Shown here piece by piece: positions 26,134-42,550 of a stretch of DNA of 64,000 bases (positions are counted from its first letter, which is position 1; every line of letters begins with the position of its first letter). The notes beneath the pieces are model-generated. The model saw only the letters and a program-made list of their open reading frames with translations, was not told the DNA's origin and did no database searches. Origin of the DNA: Octopus vulgaris (lineage: Eukaryota). The DNA lies in the NCBI GenBank assembly GCA_951406725.2, contig OX597833.1, forward strand, positions 12,648,001-12,712,000, given 5' to 3'. Position numbers and translations under genes: made by a program.

Positions 26134-26689
26134 ATTATTTGGTTGTTATTTTAAAGGAATTTTAAGAATAACAACAGACCATTTACTGATGGATGTGGCA
26201 GACCCAATACTAAAAGTAGCATAAAATTTATTATGAAATTAATTTTAATTATGACTTCCAACTGACGACTCTTTCAGCTTTGTTGATTTAGATATCAGGT
26301 GAAACTTGAAGTTACAATCAAAACTAAATTTATTATATATCTATATATATATATATATATGTATTTACACATGTATGTATATATATACAAGCACAAGGAT
26401 GCACACACGTGTGTGCACATACAAACATGCACAAATTTGTTTGGAAGAGTGCTAAATTTGCATGCCAGCGTATGGTATGTAACTTGGGACTCTGAGATTT
26501 TGAGTTCAAAACCATAGATGCCAACTTATCATTTCATTTTTGCAGAAGGTTATAAAATAAGTTACCAGCCATACCAGTAATAAATGGGTGTAAAGTCTGA
26601 AGACAGCATTAGTACTTATCAGTGCATTTGGTTTGTAAACAATAATAAAAGATGACTTTTTGGGGTTCACTTGTTACTAAGTTGTCAAA

Positions 26690-27850
<1,161 letters not shown>

Positions 27851-27984
27851 TGAAATTGCTAGGATGATCCGGTTCTTGACTGAAGATTGAAAGCTTCGAA
27901 TGTCCCGTCCGTTTTTTGTATCGTCTTCTAAATGTTTTACGTTCTTGTCCCAGTTTGTATTTTTCTACAGTATATGTATTTTTC

Positions 27985-28038
<54 letters not shown>

Positions 28039-30971
28039 CACACACAGTGAGGGAGAGAGAAAGAGTATGTATGTATGTATGTTTGTGTATGCCTTAGTTT
28101 ACCACTTCTCTGATCCTATTTCATCCAGTATTCCTGTATGCTTGAAAATCCATTCATGTTGCATTTTCCTCCTTGCTCTCTTAAGGAGAGTTCTCCCAGT
28201 TACATCATGATCCTCACCTTTCCCCCTTTCTGGAAACTTTCTACATAATTACCAAAATTCTTAAATACTCCTAAAGTATTTAACTGCTTTGAATTTCAAG
28301 ACAAAAATTGGTAAAAACCCTTGTTTCTGATTTTTGCATATATAGTTTCTTTCCTTTTTGATGTATCAAAGAAATATCAATCTATTGTCCCGTATATTAT
28401 TTCATAAGAGTGTTGCCAGCCTCGCCTGGCCTCCGTGCCGGTGGCACGTAAAAAGCACCATCCGATCGTGGCCGTTTGCCAGCCTCGCCTGGCCTCTGTG
28501 CCGGTGGCACGTAAAAAGTACCATCCGATCGTGGCCGTTTGCCAGCCTTGTCTGGCACATAAAAAGCACCCACTACACTCATGGAATGGTTGGCATTAGG
28601 AAGGGCATCCAGCCGTAGAAACATTGGGCCTAGTACAGCCTTCTGGCTTCCCAGACCCCAGTTGCATCGTCCAACCCATGCCAGCATGGAAAGCGGACGC
28701 TAAATGATGAGTACAACTATACTGTTTCCTCTAATATAATTTTTCTGTTATTTTCCACTGTTTTGTCACAGCCAAAAAGTAGGATTGTGGTGGCAAATTG
28801 GCCGAGTCATTTAGGGCTTTAAGTTATAGCCTTATGATATTCACTCTAGACCTCTAAACTCCAAGTTCAAATCCCATCCAGGCCAGCTTAGCCTTTCATC
28901 CCTTTGGGGTTCATGAAATAAAGTACTAGTCAAGTACTGGGGTTGATGGTATCAACTAACCCCTTCCCTCAAAATTGTTGAACATTTTAGACCTTTGCCT
29001 TGAAAATATTGAATACTGGGTGAGAGAGAGATTGAGAGAGAGGTGATGATGGTGATGTGTTTGTGTGTTTGTATGTATGTATGTGTTGTGATGGGAGATT
29101 TCATTCCTAAATTAAAGAATGTTTCGTGATTTTCAAGGGATACATTTGCTAAGAGAACTATATATATATTTTTTTTATGTTGCTCAGAAACATTCAAGCG
29201 AGAAAATTATGTGTGTGTGTGTATATGCATGTATATGTAAATATGTATCCATTTGTATGTGTGTATTCATATTTATATCTGATTATATAGAGACATATAA
29301 ATATATACACACACACACACACGATATAGTTCATAGAAGAGAATCAAATATTCTTCACATAGAATACACTTAGTAGTGCTCAAGGGGTTTAAACTTGAGC
29401 AGGCAGAGAAGTAAATGCAAGGATTAGGGAGTTAGGCAGATCGTTTCTATTCTGTGTGCAAGTCGGACCTTTTTGTATGTAACCATGTATACATTTTTTT
29501 GTATTTCATGTATTTGATATACTTTCTATATTGACCTGCCTAACTCGCTTATCCTTACATTTACTTCACACGTGAATATATGTATAATATAAATATATAT
29601 ACTTATGTGCAATATATATATGTATTTGTGTGCGAGTGTGTGTAAATGTGTGTGTATGTGTATGCATATATATGCATATATATATATGTGTGTGTATATA
29701 TATGCATGCATATGTGTATGCATATATATGCATACACATGTGTGTGTGTCTATATATATATGCATATATATATATACATATGCATGCATGTGTGTGTGTG
29801 TGTATTTATATATATATATATGTATGTACATGCACACATACACATGAATTTATATGTATACACACTTCCCCAACAAAATTAGCAAATATTAATTGGTCTA
29901 ACAATTTTTGACAAAAGGATATATTTATTATTGAGATATCAATGTTTATGCACTAATATAAATGTAAACACACACAGACACACAAGAATGTAAAGCCTTT
30001 GGCAGTAATATTTGTATATTTGAGCAAAATTTAAGTGTTTTTTTTTGTTGATTATGGCATAACAAAACTTAATAGATTACCCTGAAATACAACCAATGAA
30101 ACAGTAAAATTCTGCGTCTACTTCAGTCTTTTACAAAACACATGCAAAATGATAATAATAATAATAATAATAGTAAACATTCACATATAAAATAAAATAT
30201 ATAAATATATAAAACTAAAAAAATCCAGCTATGAATTAAAGTGGGACTAAAATCTTCCCCTTGGAGTGATATGAAATAGTTGCTGAGTGTATAAGGATAT
30301 TTGTATAGCCTCAGTAAGTAAAATGAAAGAACAAGTGAACAAAGAAAAGGTGTTGGAGAGTTGGATTGTACTGAAGAAGAGTTTTGTTACATATCTTACT
30401 ATGCAAAATGAAAGAACAAGCAAGAAATTTGAAAATATATTTGAAGGACATCAGCAATAATAAAAAAAAAATCTTCACAATGTTCTTCTTCAAATATTGG
30501 TTATTTAAACATTCCACAAATAAATTTTCTTTTTTTTTTTTTTTTTAAATCACCATAAAAGAATGTGTTATGATATGGTGGCCACCTCTACTGATTGGTG
30601 GTTAGCTATTACAATGAAAGTTTTTAGATGATCTCGTTAATGGGAAATCAAACTGTCAGGTGAAAGAATGTGTTTTGGTTCACACAGAATGACACACCAC
30701 TCATGCTGTTAGATGTTCGTGGCCAGGCCAGGTATAGGTCTCTCTGATTTTGTTCCCTTAGATTAGTGATGGTAAATTTATGACATATGCTAGGTTTTTG
30801 GATATACATGCAGTGAATTTTGAAAAAGAAAAAAAAGGAAAAGAAGGAAAATGAAAAAGAGCAACCAAAAAATTTCCTTGCACTATCATGTTATAAAAAA
30901 ATTATCTCTAAGCATTTATCTAAAGCTAAAACATATTTATACTTGTGATAGTCCAGTGAGAGGATTATTAA

Positions 30972-31426
30972 CCCTTTCGTTACCAACCCGGCTGAAACCA
31001 GCTCTGGCTCTGAGTACAAATGTCTTGTTTTCATAAGTTTTGAATTAAAATCTTTCTCCAAACCTTAGTCACAATTTATGTTCCTAACACTAGCTGAATG
31101 ATAACTAAGTTATTTTACTAAATTCTTTGTTATATTTAAAATTAATTTAGAGAAACACAGAGGATCTCAACAGAAATATGGTAACAAAAGGGTTAAAATA
31201 TATAATAGAGAAACAATTCTTAATCCTTTTGATACCAACCTGACTGAAACTGGCTCTGGCTCTGAGTACAAATGTCTTGTTTTCATAAGTTTTGAATTAA
31301 AATCTTTCACCAAAACTTAGTCACAATTTATGTTCCTAACACTAGCTTAATGATAATGAAGTTATTTTACTAAATTCTTTGTTAAGAAACACAGAGCATC
31401 ACAAAATAAATACAGTAACGAAAGGG
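30972..31426. mobile_element. Two adjacent piggyBac-like MITEs (family 1)
   Basis: each bounded by TTAA and CCCTTT/AAAGGG-type termini, 31 bp apart. Confidence 0.85.
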
Positions 31427-31607
31427 TTAAAGGCATAAAAACTTTGACGACACAGGTTTGACATCACAGGCTCGGATAGAAATAGATTCCATGTATAGGG
31501 ATAACTTATTGTTGCTAGAAGTGAAACGACTAAGTAATTAGTGATTGATTTATTAATTTAAAGGACTCAGTTCAAGTCCTCTACTTTTCAGCCTGTGATA
31601 TGTAAAA

Positions 31608-31850
31608 GCAGTGTTTATGACTGTGTAACAGAAGTGTTCCATGTTTATATAATAAAAGCATCCATGACTATATAATTCAAGTGTTCATGGCTATATAATA
31701 GAAATGTTCAAAGCTATATAATATCAGTGTGCATGGCTCTGTGATACAAGTGTTTGTGACTATATAACAGAAGTGTTCATGGCTATATAATAAAATTGCT
31801 CATAGCTATATTTTAGAAGTATTGTTGGCTATATAACACAAGTGTTCATA
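31608..31850. repeat. Degenerate 23-bp minisatellite, about 10-11 units
   Basis: consensus AAGTGTTCATGGCTATATAAYAG. Confidence 0.8.
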
Positions 31851-33341
31851 ATGCAGCTCTGTTTTACCTAGAATGTTGAAACACATAAAATAAAGTACAC
31901 ATAAGATGGATGAACAAAATACATTAAGATATATCATCAACATGGTATTAAATCTCCACTCTACATCGGGCTTTTGTAAACCTTTTTTTGCAATGATTTA
32001 TACCTAAATCTAAACCTTATCTACCCTTTGTTTATTTCCTAGGTACAGATTGTAGTGAAGGTGAAGGTCTAGGTTTTAAATGAGGCATAGTGGTAGAATG
32101 GTATTCAGAGAGAAAAGAGAGTAGTGAGTGAGAAGAAGGGACATTCAAGGCGTTCAATGCAACTGAAGTTTTTAGGTTGGTAACAGGTTTTTTTTTTCTA
32201 TGCAAAGACTATGAAATTTTCAATTTTGATTTTTCCCAATCAGTGTGAGCAGAACAACATGATAATTATATGATGGATGGTGGTAGCAATTATTCTTGTA
32301 ATGATTGTTATAATTGTAGCATTCATTATATTAATAATGATTATATTAAATATAGTGGTGATTATAACTGCAGTTGTTATTATAGTGATTATAATAATAA
32401 TAATAATAATAATAATAATTAATAACAGTCCTTTCCCTCCAGAACATGGTCTTCTGGAATTCTTTCTCCCTACCCATATTTTTGTTGCAACCATTGGCTT
32501 GCAAGTGTTCAAGAACTTTAACTACATCGATCTCACCAGTCTCAGAGGGCCCGTAAAGTCACAGTCCTTTCCTCCAGACCAATCAAATAAAACAGAATAA
32601 AAATAATAACAATATTCGTAATGATGATACTGACAATGATAATATAAAGAGTCAAGTGAACATATAATGAAGATTCCAGAATTGACACACACACACACAC
32701 AATCATACATAAGAATGTGATATACACAATCCCTAGCTATTAAACACTGCATATATTACTAATACGATGCAATAAAAAGGAGAAATTTTACTACATTCCA
32801 TGGAAAAAGAATGATTGCAGGAGGGGAAAAAAAAAACCAACTAAATATTTTTTCTTTTAATCATTTTGATGATAAATTGATAATTTTTTATACCAAAATT
32901 TTAAAATATATTATTTTTTACTATTTTTATTTTTATTTAAATTTGAATTTACTCTCGTTTTCTGTAATTAATGCCTCAAAAATGTTTCATCATTCACACC
33001 ATGTCCAGTGTCTCATTGTTGTGGGTTTCTTTCATTTTTATAAAATAAATATAAAAAATATATATGTCAATTATGGTATTATATTTCTATTTTATTTTAT
33101 TGTATTTTTGTCCACTGTGTTTTCAAAGTAGAATTATTTCATTTGATAATATTCTGGATACAGAATGACTGTCATTAATTGAAAATTATTTACAGTCAAA
33201 AGCTGGAATTTTTTCTTGTGTTTTTGTAGAAAAAGTATATTGATCTGCTGATCTTTTTACATTCACTTGACCTCTGTCCATATAGAAATATTTGAAAGCT
33301 TATAACCTACTACAGCTGTGTATGTATGTGTGTATACATAC

Positions 33342-33387
<46 letters not shown>

Positions 33388-33814
33388 AAATTATAAATTA
33401 GGGTATCTACGAGATAGCACCATGCTGAAAATAGCAGCCATGATCTGACTTTAAAACCACCTAAATTGTCCATATATCAACACGGAGAGAAAACGTGGAC
33501 AATTTAGGTGGTTTTAAAGTCAGATCATGGCTGCTATTATCAGCATGGTGGTACCTCGTAGATACCCCAATTTATAATTTTAATAATTATTACCTTTGAA
33601 AGTTATTTTTTCCATACTGACCGCTTGATAAAATCGTTGTTTTATTTTTAAATTAACGATCTTATCCTTATTTATTTATATATATATATATTATTCTTTA
33701 TTAATGAGAGTAAAACAAAGCAGATATCTCCCATGGTGGTACCTAATATATAATACATAAAACAAATGTAGTGTTTTTATATGTTTATTCATCTAATTTC
33801 CTTACACCCATTGT

Positions 33815-33862
33815 TGACTGAAGATCTTGTTGAATGTGACATGATTGAAACAGCTGTAGTGC
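33815..33862 (+). ncRNA. Hammerhead-like motif, partly decayed
   Basis: CTGAAGA-TCTTGT...ACATGATT-GAAA-CAGCTG-TA-GTG; helix I poor. Confidence 0.55.
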
Positions 33863-35714
33863 TTTGATTTAAAAATATATTGGTGAGAAAATAAGAGCCC
33901 AAGGAGACTGGTGGTACCAGTAAAAATTATGCCGCGAAGTTTGTGGTAAGTAATTTGTATGCAATGCTAGGGGGACAAACACAGACACACAAACACACAC
34001 ACGCATATATATATATATATATATATTATTGAAGTAGATAAATGAATTATCTTATTACGGATAATTCAAATGATAACCGATACCTGGGTAGCAAAAATCA
34101 CAACAGAAAAAGCACGGTTGAGGTTACGACCATGGGGCCTAAAATCCGTGCCTTAGTGCGGAAATTTGAAGTTTTATATATTTAGTGTAGGAAGAAATGG
34201 AGCTGGACGATTTAACAAGGTTCCTTTTTGTTGTTTTCTACATATGTTTCAAAGGCTGCAGCCTTTGAAACATATGTAGAAAGTGATAAACAGGAGTTTT
34301 GTTAAATCTTCGTTCAGCTCCATTTCTTCCTACACTAAATATATATATATATATATATATACAACGGGCTTCTTTCAGTTTCTGTCTACCAAATCCACTC
34401 ACAAGGCTTTGGTCGGCCCAAGGGCCACACAGTGGGACTGAACCCGGAACCATGTGGTTGGTAAACAAGCTACTTACCACACAGCCACTCCTGCACCTTT
34501 AATATATAGATAAATTATATAGATATTATTATTTCATGACAAAATCTAGAAATTATTTAATACTCTCTACTTCAGTTGGTATTTCCATTACTGACTACCA
34601 GCTGTTATGGTGGTAGACTTAACCAGTCACACAGTTTAACCTCACATTGGGTGCTTGTAGCTGACATTTAAGTCAAGGCTCTGGTCTGAGAATAATTTCC
34701 TCCCAACTGTCTCAGAGGCTCTGGAAAGGTTCATGGCCCCTGCTTGCCCCACCCTGACTCTTAAAAGAAAGAATTTCCATCTAGCCTCAGTTATTTCCAT
34801 AAACTCTCTCTGTCACTCACTCTCTCTCTCTCACACACACACACAGAGGTTTTTGAGAAAAATGCTTGTAAAATTACTTGGCATTCTGACATTAATAATT
34901 ACATTATTAATCTAAACTCTGCTAAATATAATCAGGGCTGGCTCCAAGTGAAGTATGCTTTGTTTCCCTTATAACAAGGAAGTAGGTGTTACTTGGTGAC
35001 ATATCTGTCAGTCTGGAAAAAAAAAAAATTTTTTTAAATACAGAGAAGTTTCAGTTTTTTTTTTTTCTTTTTGTATATTTATCTTCATATTTTGATAATT
35101 CCAGATTCATGACAGAGCCTCTCCCAGCTTTTCTTATCTCACCACTATCGCATTATATTGAGGCAGTCCTAGATTTGCAAAAACTGTTTGAAATTATATT
35201 TGCTGTTGTTGGTACTAAAATACAACTAAAAGAAAATTTTTCAACATAGTTTTATAAGATAAATGCTGTATATTTATAATTTTATTATGCTTATAAATAG
35301 CACCAAAAAATATGAAAATACATAGTATTAATATAGCAGATTATTTTATGTCATAACTCAGAAAATAATTGCTCTGACATCTATTTCTTCTACCGTCAAT
35401 CAGTTTATCTCTGTTACCTCTGTATATTACTCTAATCAACTTACTACCAGTGGTACTAAAACAGAGCGCATGTTGCTATATGTTGTACCTGGCTCTCAGT
35501 CAGTGCTCAGTTTTTGATGTTGGAGAGGTTACACATTCATAGAGCTAACCACATCCACTTTTGCCATTCAAAATGCATAAATATATATATATATATATGA
35601 AAGAAAAATGGTGTTCAGAATACTGGATGGTTGTAAAAATATATATTTATTTATATATCACATATTATTTTTTCATATTAGCACTTTCAACTACTCCTGT
35701 AGTTTCATCATCAG

Positions 35715-35756
35715 ATTTCTGATGAAACTACAGGAGGAGTTGAAAGCGCTAATATG
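35715..35756 (+). ncRNA. Hammerhead-like motif at a foldback centre
   Basis: CTGATGA-AACT-ACAGGAGG-AGTT-GAAA-GCGC-TA; helix I apparently disrupted by the inversion junction. Confidence 0.55.
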
Positions 35757-37399
35757 AAGAAATAATATGTGATATATAAATAAATATATATTTTTACAAC
35801 CATCCAGCATTCTGAACACCTTTTTTCTTTCATATGTATTAAATCTGTACATCACCCCCAATACTTCTAACATATATATATATAAATATATTAGAAGAAA
35901 TGAGGTAATCAGAAGATCGGATGGTTTATATTTACAGATATTTATTTATATATTACGTTTTTTATATATATATCATATCACTTAGACCATTAGCGCTTTC
36001 TCCCATTCTAGTGGGGTTTTCAAATCAAGTTGTATTTGAAAACCCCACTAGAATGGGAGAAAGCGCTAATGGTCTAAATATAAACCATCCGATCTTCTGA
36101 TCACCTCATTTCTTCTAATATATAATACCTGTACATCACCCCCAATACTTCTAACATATATATATATATATATTCCTGGTTCACAATTATTTTTTTATAG
36201 AATATTATTTCTAAATAAACCAACAACATCATCACTAACAGCAACACCAACAACAATAGAACATGAATTGCTTTATAGCTAGAAGTTTCTTACTATTTTT
36301 ACATATTGGTATTTTCATATTTTCTCAAATACAATTCTTGTATCTACTCTAATTCCATGCCGTTCATTTTTTAAAACAAATTATGGTTGTGCTGAAGCTA
36401 AAGAACTAGAAACTATTATAGTAGAAGGAGCTATGATTCCTTGTTTAAATAGTTGTGATATAAACAAAAACAGGGATCTTAACCCTTATTTTCGCTCACT
36501 ACTCAGCACCTCAGCTGATCTATTTCTCCCACCTTTTTTTAAAATCCTTTTTTATTTTCCCCTTTATTCTTCAAATGTTAAATCATTTTAGTCCTTTGAT
36601 CATGTTTTAATTAGAAATAAATTTTCTGTTTCCATCAAAATTTAATGAGATTATTATTATGGTTCTTTTATAATATTATTGCTAAGATTGATTCTAAAAT
36701 CATTATTGTTGATATTATAAAAGACATTCGACAAAATTTTGTGTTCCTTGAAAAAAAAAAAAAAGTATTTTTTTCTATGCGTATTCCTGAGTAAAGAAGG
36801 ACTCTAGATTTTGAATGAGAATATTTTGCCCCAGTATGGCCACAGTCTAATGACTGAAATAAGTAAAAGATAAAAGTAAAAAAATAAAAAGAAGCCTGGT
36901 TTAATTTTTTTTCCTTGCTGTTATCAAACTTTCAGTGAATCTTAAATTCAAATGAGAAGTTAGCATCTAGTATTATTTAGGACATGGAATCAACATATAG
37001 CACTTCTACTTCCGTGAGGATTATAATTATTGAATCTGTTTTGAGTTATACAGACATTTAAAACTCATATTTTCCAAAGAAATATATATCTCTGGTAGGC
37101 AAAAAGTCTGGTGGATTCATCTAAGATGGGACTGGAGGATGTTTTGTACCTTTTAATATCTGACACAAAGATGTATCATCATCATCATATTCTATATCTG
37201 TTTCTGAAAAAAAACTACAATAATAATATAGTGTATCTGCCAAAGAACATAAATAATATTATGCATTTTCTTTTGTCTTCTTTTATAACCAGTAAATATT
37301 ACTTTTACAAAGATATTACTATTACTCTGAAAATATAACCAGATAAGAATTATGTTAGTTAATTAGGGACTGAGGGTTAAGAGTACTTTACTTGTACTT

Positions 37400-37880
37400 G
37401 TACTTGTGGCGACATTCACCCTGGGCAGGTTGAGTCGGCTTCTTCTAGCACCCTCGAGGCATCTTGAACCATGGCAGCCCACGCACGACAGTCCTGTGCC
37501 AGTTCACTGGAGATAGCGAGCCAGTCATGGTTCCATCGGCGCAGGCCAACCACCTGCGGTCCCGTGAGCACGGAGAGGTCCTCCTTGATCGTTGTAACCT
37601 AGTCTTCAGCTGCCCGCCTGTGCGTTTCCACTAGTTGGGAAGTGAAGTTGGGAGAAGGACATTACGGCTCAGTTCACCCACCAGACGCCTACATGCATGG
37701 CCAAACCACTGCAAGTGTCGCTGCAGAAGGACAGATGGAAGGGGCCACAGAGACAGGCGAAGTCGGAGATTGGCGGTGGGAACTCGATCCACCCGACGGC
37801 AGCGAAGAATGCACCAGAAGCAGTCATTGTCAAAGACTTCCAGCCTTCGTTGATCGACCACCCGCATAGGCCACGTTTCA
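37400..37880 (-). mobile_element. RTE-clade LINE 3' fragment
   Basis: RLEVFDNDCFWCILR...QRHLQWFGHACRR; tail of (ACAAGT)n; apparent start of the same family at 38020-38340. Confidence 0.75.
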
Positions 37881-39827
37881 CAACCATAGAGAAGTACTGT
37901 ACGAATGACAGCCTGATATATTTAAGAGGGTTAAGAGTGTGTTAGATCTGATCTATGGACCAACAATATAAATCAATATGGGTGTGCTTTAGCATTCACT
38001 GTTAAGTTATACTGTGGTTGACTTGACTTGACTTGTGGTGACATTCACCCTGGGTGGGAATATGTGGATTTCACAAGCGGTCCCCAACAATCCTGCATGT
38101 GGAGACATCCTGTTTGCCGCAGATTGTCCACAGACGCAGGGACAGAACGACCAAGGAGCCACCGGTTGCCGAAACAGACACTCCGAGGATTTTCACCAGA
38201 GCCCTGTCTGCCGGGTTGTGGCCCTAATACCACTCAGTGTCAGACCAATCCGCCTTGGGTGGCCCTACCAGGAACCGAAGTTCCTGACGGCATAGCTCTG
38301 ACACTACCTGTTGCCAGCGTCCCCACCACGGTGAGGAGGGGATGGACTTTGAGATATGTTGAGTGTGTGGAGACATATATTTAAATAAGTTAGAAAGACC
38401 TCTCTTCTGTACCGTTTATTCCACTGCTTTCTAATCTAAATCTCCATGCCCCATAATTCTCTTAGCAAAATCTTCAAGATTTCATGCATGGTTTATGAAA
38501 TCAGTAATGAAATACGCTTTGTAAAAAAAAACAAAAATAAATGAAAATAAAATAAAATGAAATAAAATAAAAATAAAAGTAACCCACTAGTAGATCATAT
38601 TGCTTTATGTATGTATTGCAGTTTCTGACTGTAGCTGAAACAAAGTGACTTGTAGGCTTTGACTGTTAGGCACGTTTATTTTTAATGGTCATTTTGTTTT
38701 TTTTACTATATTGTTGATTAGTAATAATCTGAAATTCTAATCAAATTGATATTCAGGATTGAATGTCATCAAGAAGTTTAGCATTTATAGTAATAACCAT
38801 TTATTTATTGTTAAGTATTTTAATGTATTAATATAATGTATTAATATAAAAATGGTGAAATTATAACACTAAACCAAGACATACTGTATGATTCAATGGT
38901 AGCAGAGGTCCTGCTACCAAAAGTAACATATCAATAAGGCCTGCTATTAACAATTTGAACAACTCATCCTGTCTACAGGGGCAGAATCTGGCCAGTTTAT
39001 AAGATAAAGGAGGCTTAAAGAGAATAGAAAAGTCAAAACAAAGTTACCTTATTCTGTGGATAAAAAAAAAAAATTGTTTATAAAGATATTTTCAAATATT
39101 TTGCTTAGATTTTAAAATTGAAATACTCAATGGTTTCATTGTTGTTATTATTATTACTATTATTTTTTTTCATTTATAAGAAAGAAATATAAAAGAAATT
39201 TGAAAAAAAAAAAATTTTTAATATATATTGAATTCTGAAGAATAAAAAGCAAATTACAAACAATTGTGTAAATGAATTTTGTTTCATTTATTTGTTTTTA
39301 ATTGTAATATAATTACTTTTTTTTTTTTCTTTCTTGTTCTAAACTTCCTATTATGCAAATTTAACTTTAATTCCACAAAGTAGCAACGAAAGTTTTTTTT
39401 TAAAAATATTTTCTTTCAAATACATCACATTAACTTTCAACTTTGGGTTCAAAATAACTCTCAGAATATCACACAATTTCCTCACCACTCCTAAGTTATG
39501 TATTCCCCTGGACAGAAGACATCATGGTAGCGTTTCCCTCCTTGAATGTATGGTATAGTTCTTTGACCAGGAGACACTACACTAGTGTTTATCTTTGGGC
39601 TCATGTTTCCTTATGCTGAATACATCCCCTAGTCATCATCATTGAATATACAGTTCAGTGGTCTGTAGACCTCACAGATCTTTTAAAATATTATTATTCT
39701 GCCGAGGTCAACTTTGCCTTTCATCCTTTTGGGATCAATTAAATAAGTACCAGTTATGCACTGGGGTCGATGTAATCGACTTAATCCCTTCCACCAAATT
39801 TGAGGCCTTGTGCTTCCAATAAAAAGG

Positions 39828-39860
<33 letters not shown>

Positions 39861-41049
39861 GTTACAATTTAATTTAGCTGTTACTTTTGATATAATTTTA
39901 GTTCAGTTTACAAACTCAATCATTGTTACAAGAGCAGTGAGTTGACAATACGGTAGAGAATCAGACTAAATGCCTTATTGTATTTAGTTTTATCTCTCTA
40001 CATTCTGAGTTCAAATCCTGCCAAGTCTGGCTTGTCTTTCATCCCTTTGGGGGTTTCTTTTACAAAAGTTTTCTTTACAAAATTTTGCTTGTGTCTACAA
40101 GAGATTAATTATTATTACAAAAGTGCATTTTTTTTTGACATTTACATTTATTTAAAAAATTTTGTTCTTGTTTGGAAACTAAATAATTTCATATATGGAA
40201 TCTAATTATATATTTTATAATTTATTGCATATAACGAAGAAGAAAGGATAAAGCACAAATATATTGGTTGTCAAGCTAGACAACTTATGAAAAAAATTGT
40301 ACTCTTGGGATAAGTACATATTGTGTACAAAACTCAATCATTGCAATAACACACACACACAATAACAAATACACACACACACGAATCAAGCCTATACACA
40401 TGTGCACACAAACACACACTTATCTAATAAAATATAGCTCCTAGATGGGAACCAGATATTCTCCATATAGAATACAGTTCGTAATGCTCAAGAGATTTAA
40501 ACTTGAGTGGGTATGTCTAATAAAATATGAACAATTATGTATAAAGAACTGATACAACAGAGACAGTGAAGGACTATGACTTTATAGAAAAAGATATAAC
40601 TGCATCATCTTCATAGCATAGCAAACATCTAATTGACTTAATAAATATCCCCAATCAATAATTTCAGACCGATACCCACTAAACTTCAACAGTAGCATTC
40701 TAAAGAACAGAAAAATCACTTTCAAGTTTAAAAAAAAAAAAGCAAATATTTACAACTTTTATTTTGTCCCGAACAAAAAAAAAAAAAGAAAAGAAAAAAA
40801 ACAGAAAAAGAAAAAAAATTCCATTCCCAAAACTGAAAACGAATTGTGATGTTCAATAATTGTTGATCTTTTTTCTTCCCAATTTGTAAATTTTGTTGCC
40901 ATAGACTTGACACTTTTACCATCACATCATTTGTAAAGATTTCAAATTTCTTTATCAAAAATTCAAATAAATGTATTATAAAAGCTTCAAGGGATTTTGT
41001 TTCTTTTATTATTATTATTATTATTTTATGTATCTGTTTAGTTATTAAA

Positions 41050-41350
41050 ATAATAATGAAATTATTGTATACAGTGCTCAGGTGCACCACAACTTGTCAG
41101 AGTATATGCAGTAATGTACAAATGTCTGGAAAGCGAACAATGTATGAGTCAGACACATGCTTGTGTGTGTATGGAGGGGAGAAAATCAGGTGTAGTGTTG
41201 GTGAATCTCAGAAAGCATGGAAGTTTTGAAGGATGCAGTGCTCCGACAACTAACAACTGATGCTGGCAGTTTGTTCCATGCTTCAGCAACTCTCAGCGTG
41301 AAAAAATGTTTCCTGAAGTCATGGGAGCTGTGCTGTTTTCTGACTTTTGA
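41050..41350 (-). mobile_element. 5'-truncated copy of the same LINE (3' end)
   Basis: near-identical to 42833-43140; KVRKQHSSHDFRKHFFTLRVAEAWNKLP. Confidence 0.9.
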
Positions 41351-42059
41351 CTTTATTCTTTTACTGTTTTCTGTGATTGAACTGTAGTCTTGCCGGAATT
41401 CTGCCTTGTTGGGTTTGTTAAGTGAATCAATACCAGAACTTATACTATTGTTGTTGTATCTGTAGCAAAGAAGTACTGGGTGCACGTAAAATGCACCATC
41501 CGATTGTGGCCGTTGCCAGCCTCATCTGGCCCCCATGCCAGTGGCATGTTAAAAAGCACCATCCGATCGTGGCCGTTTGCCGGCCTCGCCTGGCACCTGT
41601 CCAGGTGGCACGTAAAAAGCCCCCACTACACTCACGGAGTGGTTGGCGTTAGGAAGGGCATCCAGCCGTAGAAACATTGCCAGATCAGACTGGGGCCTGG
41701 TGCAGCCTTCTGGCTTCCCAGACCCCAGTTGAACCGTCCAACCCATGCCAGCATGGAAAGCGGACGCTAAACGATGATGATGATGATGATGTACTGTAGA
41801 GTGTTTGGGCTAAATTTCATGATTTTTTTTATGTCTCCTTTTTGCAGGTACAGCTTGATGTATTGGTGAATAGACAGCAGCATTGGAAAGCATAAAGATT
41901 GAAGTCAAGAAAAAGTTAGCTGACTCAGAGGACTAAAAGCCATCAGGATATTGGAAAAGAGTTGCCTGTATCATAAGGATTTGCACTGGGTATCAAAATG
42001 CCAACATCATGACCGCTGTGCCATGCTTTGTGAACACTGAAACGGCTGTAAGGCATGAC

Positions 42060-42550
42060 ATGGACATCATGCAAACTAAATTCGCTCAAACTGCTATAAT
42101 CATTAAGTGCGTTTCCACTGATGATGGCACCATGCCATTTCATAAGGCAGCGGGCTGGCAGAAACGTTAGAACGTCGGGCAAAATGCTTAGCGGTATTTC
42201 GTCTGCTGTTACGTTGTGAGTTCAAATTCTGCCGAGGTCAACTTTACGTTTCATCCTTTCGGGGTCGATAAATTAAGTACCAGTTGCACACTGGGGGTCG
42301 ATGTAATCGACTTAATCCATTTGTCTGTCCTTGTTTGTTCCCTGTGTTTAGCCCTTTGTGGGTAATAAAGAAATAGGTACCATGCCACCTCACATCTTTG
42401 AACTAGGCCTTAGACTCAATTCAGACAGCTATGTGAAGCTGCTGAAGACTGTGGTCAAACTCTGGTTGGAGAGGGTTGCTGCTTGAAGGTCACATGTGTG
42501 ACAGCAGAATTCAGCTCTGATTGTCAGAGAATTTCTCCAACTTCACCACC
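42060..42550 (+). mobile_element. Tc1/mariner-superfamily transposase remnant interrupted by a SINE (42143-42378)
   Basis: MPPHIFELGLRLNSDSYVKLLKTVVKLWLERVAA*RSHV*QQNSA; ACCATGCCA repeated on both sides of the SINE. Confidence 0.65.

Noticed and set aside
32277-32600. Hydrophobic 107-aa ORF with a protein-like C-terminus
   Set aside because: The N-part is (ATT/ATA)n repeat. The C-part resembles a decayed LINE RT end (SF.PRT..WNSLPTHIF...LQ.FK).
41825-41900. Strong splice acceptor TTTTTGCAG at 41848
   Set aside because: No sustained reading frame or recognisable protein follows; cannot support an exon without transcript data.
42117-42140. CTGATGA followed by a TGGCA/TGCCA hairpin
   Set aside because: No GAAA or helix III; lies in a Tc1-like transposase remnant.
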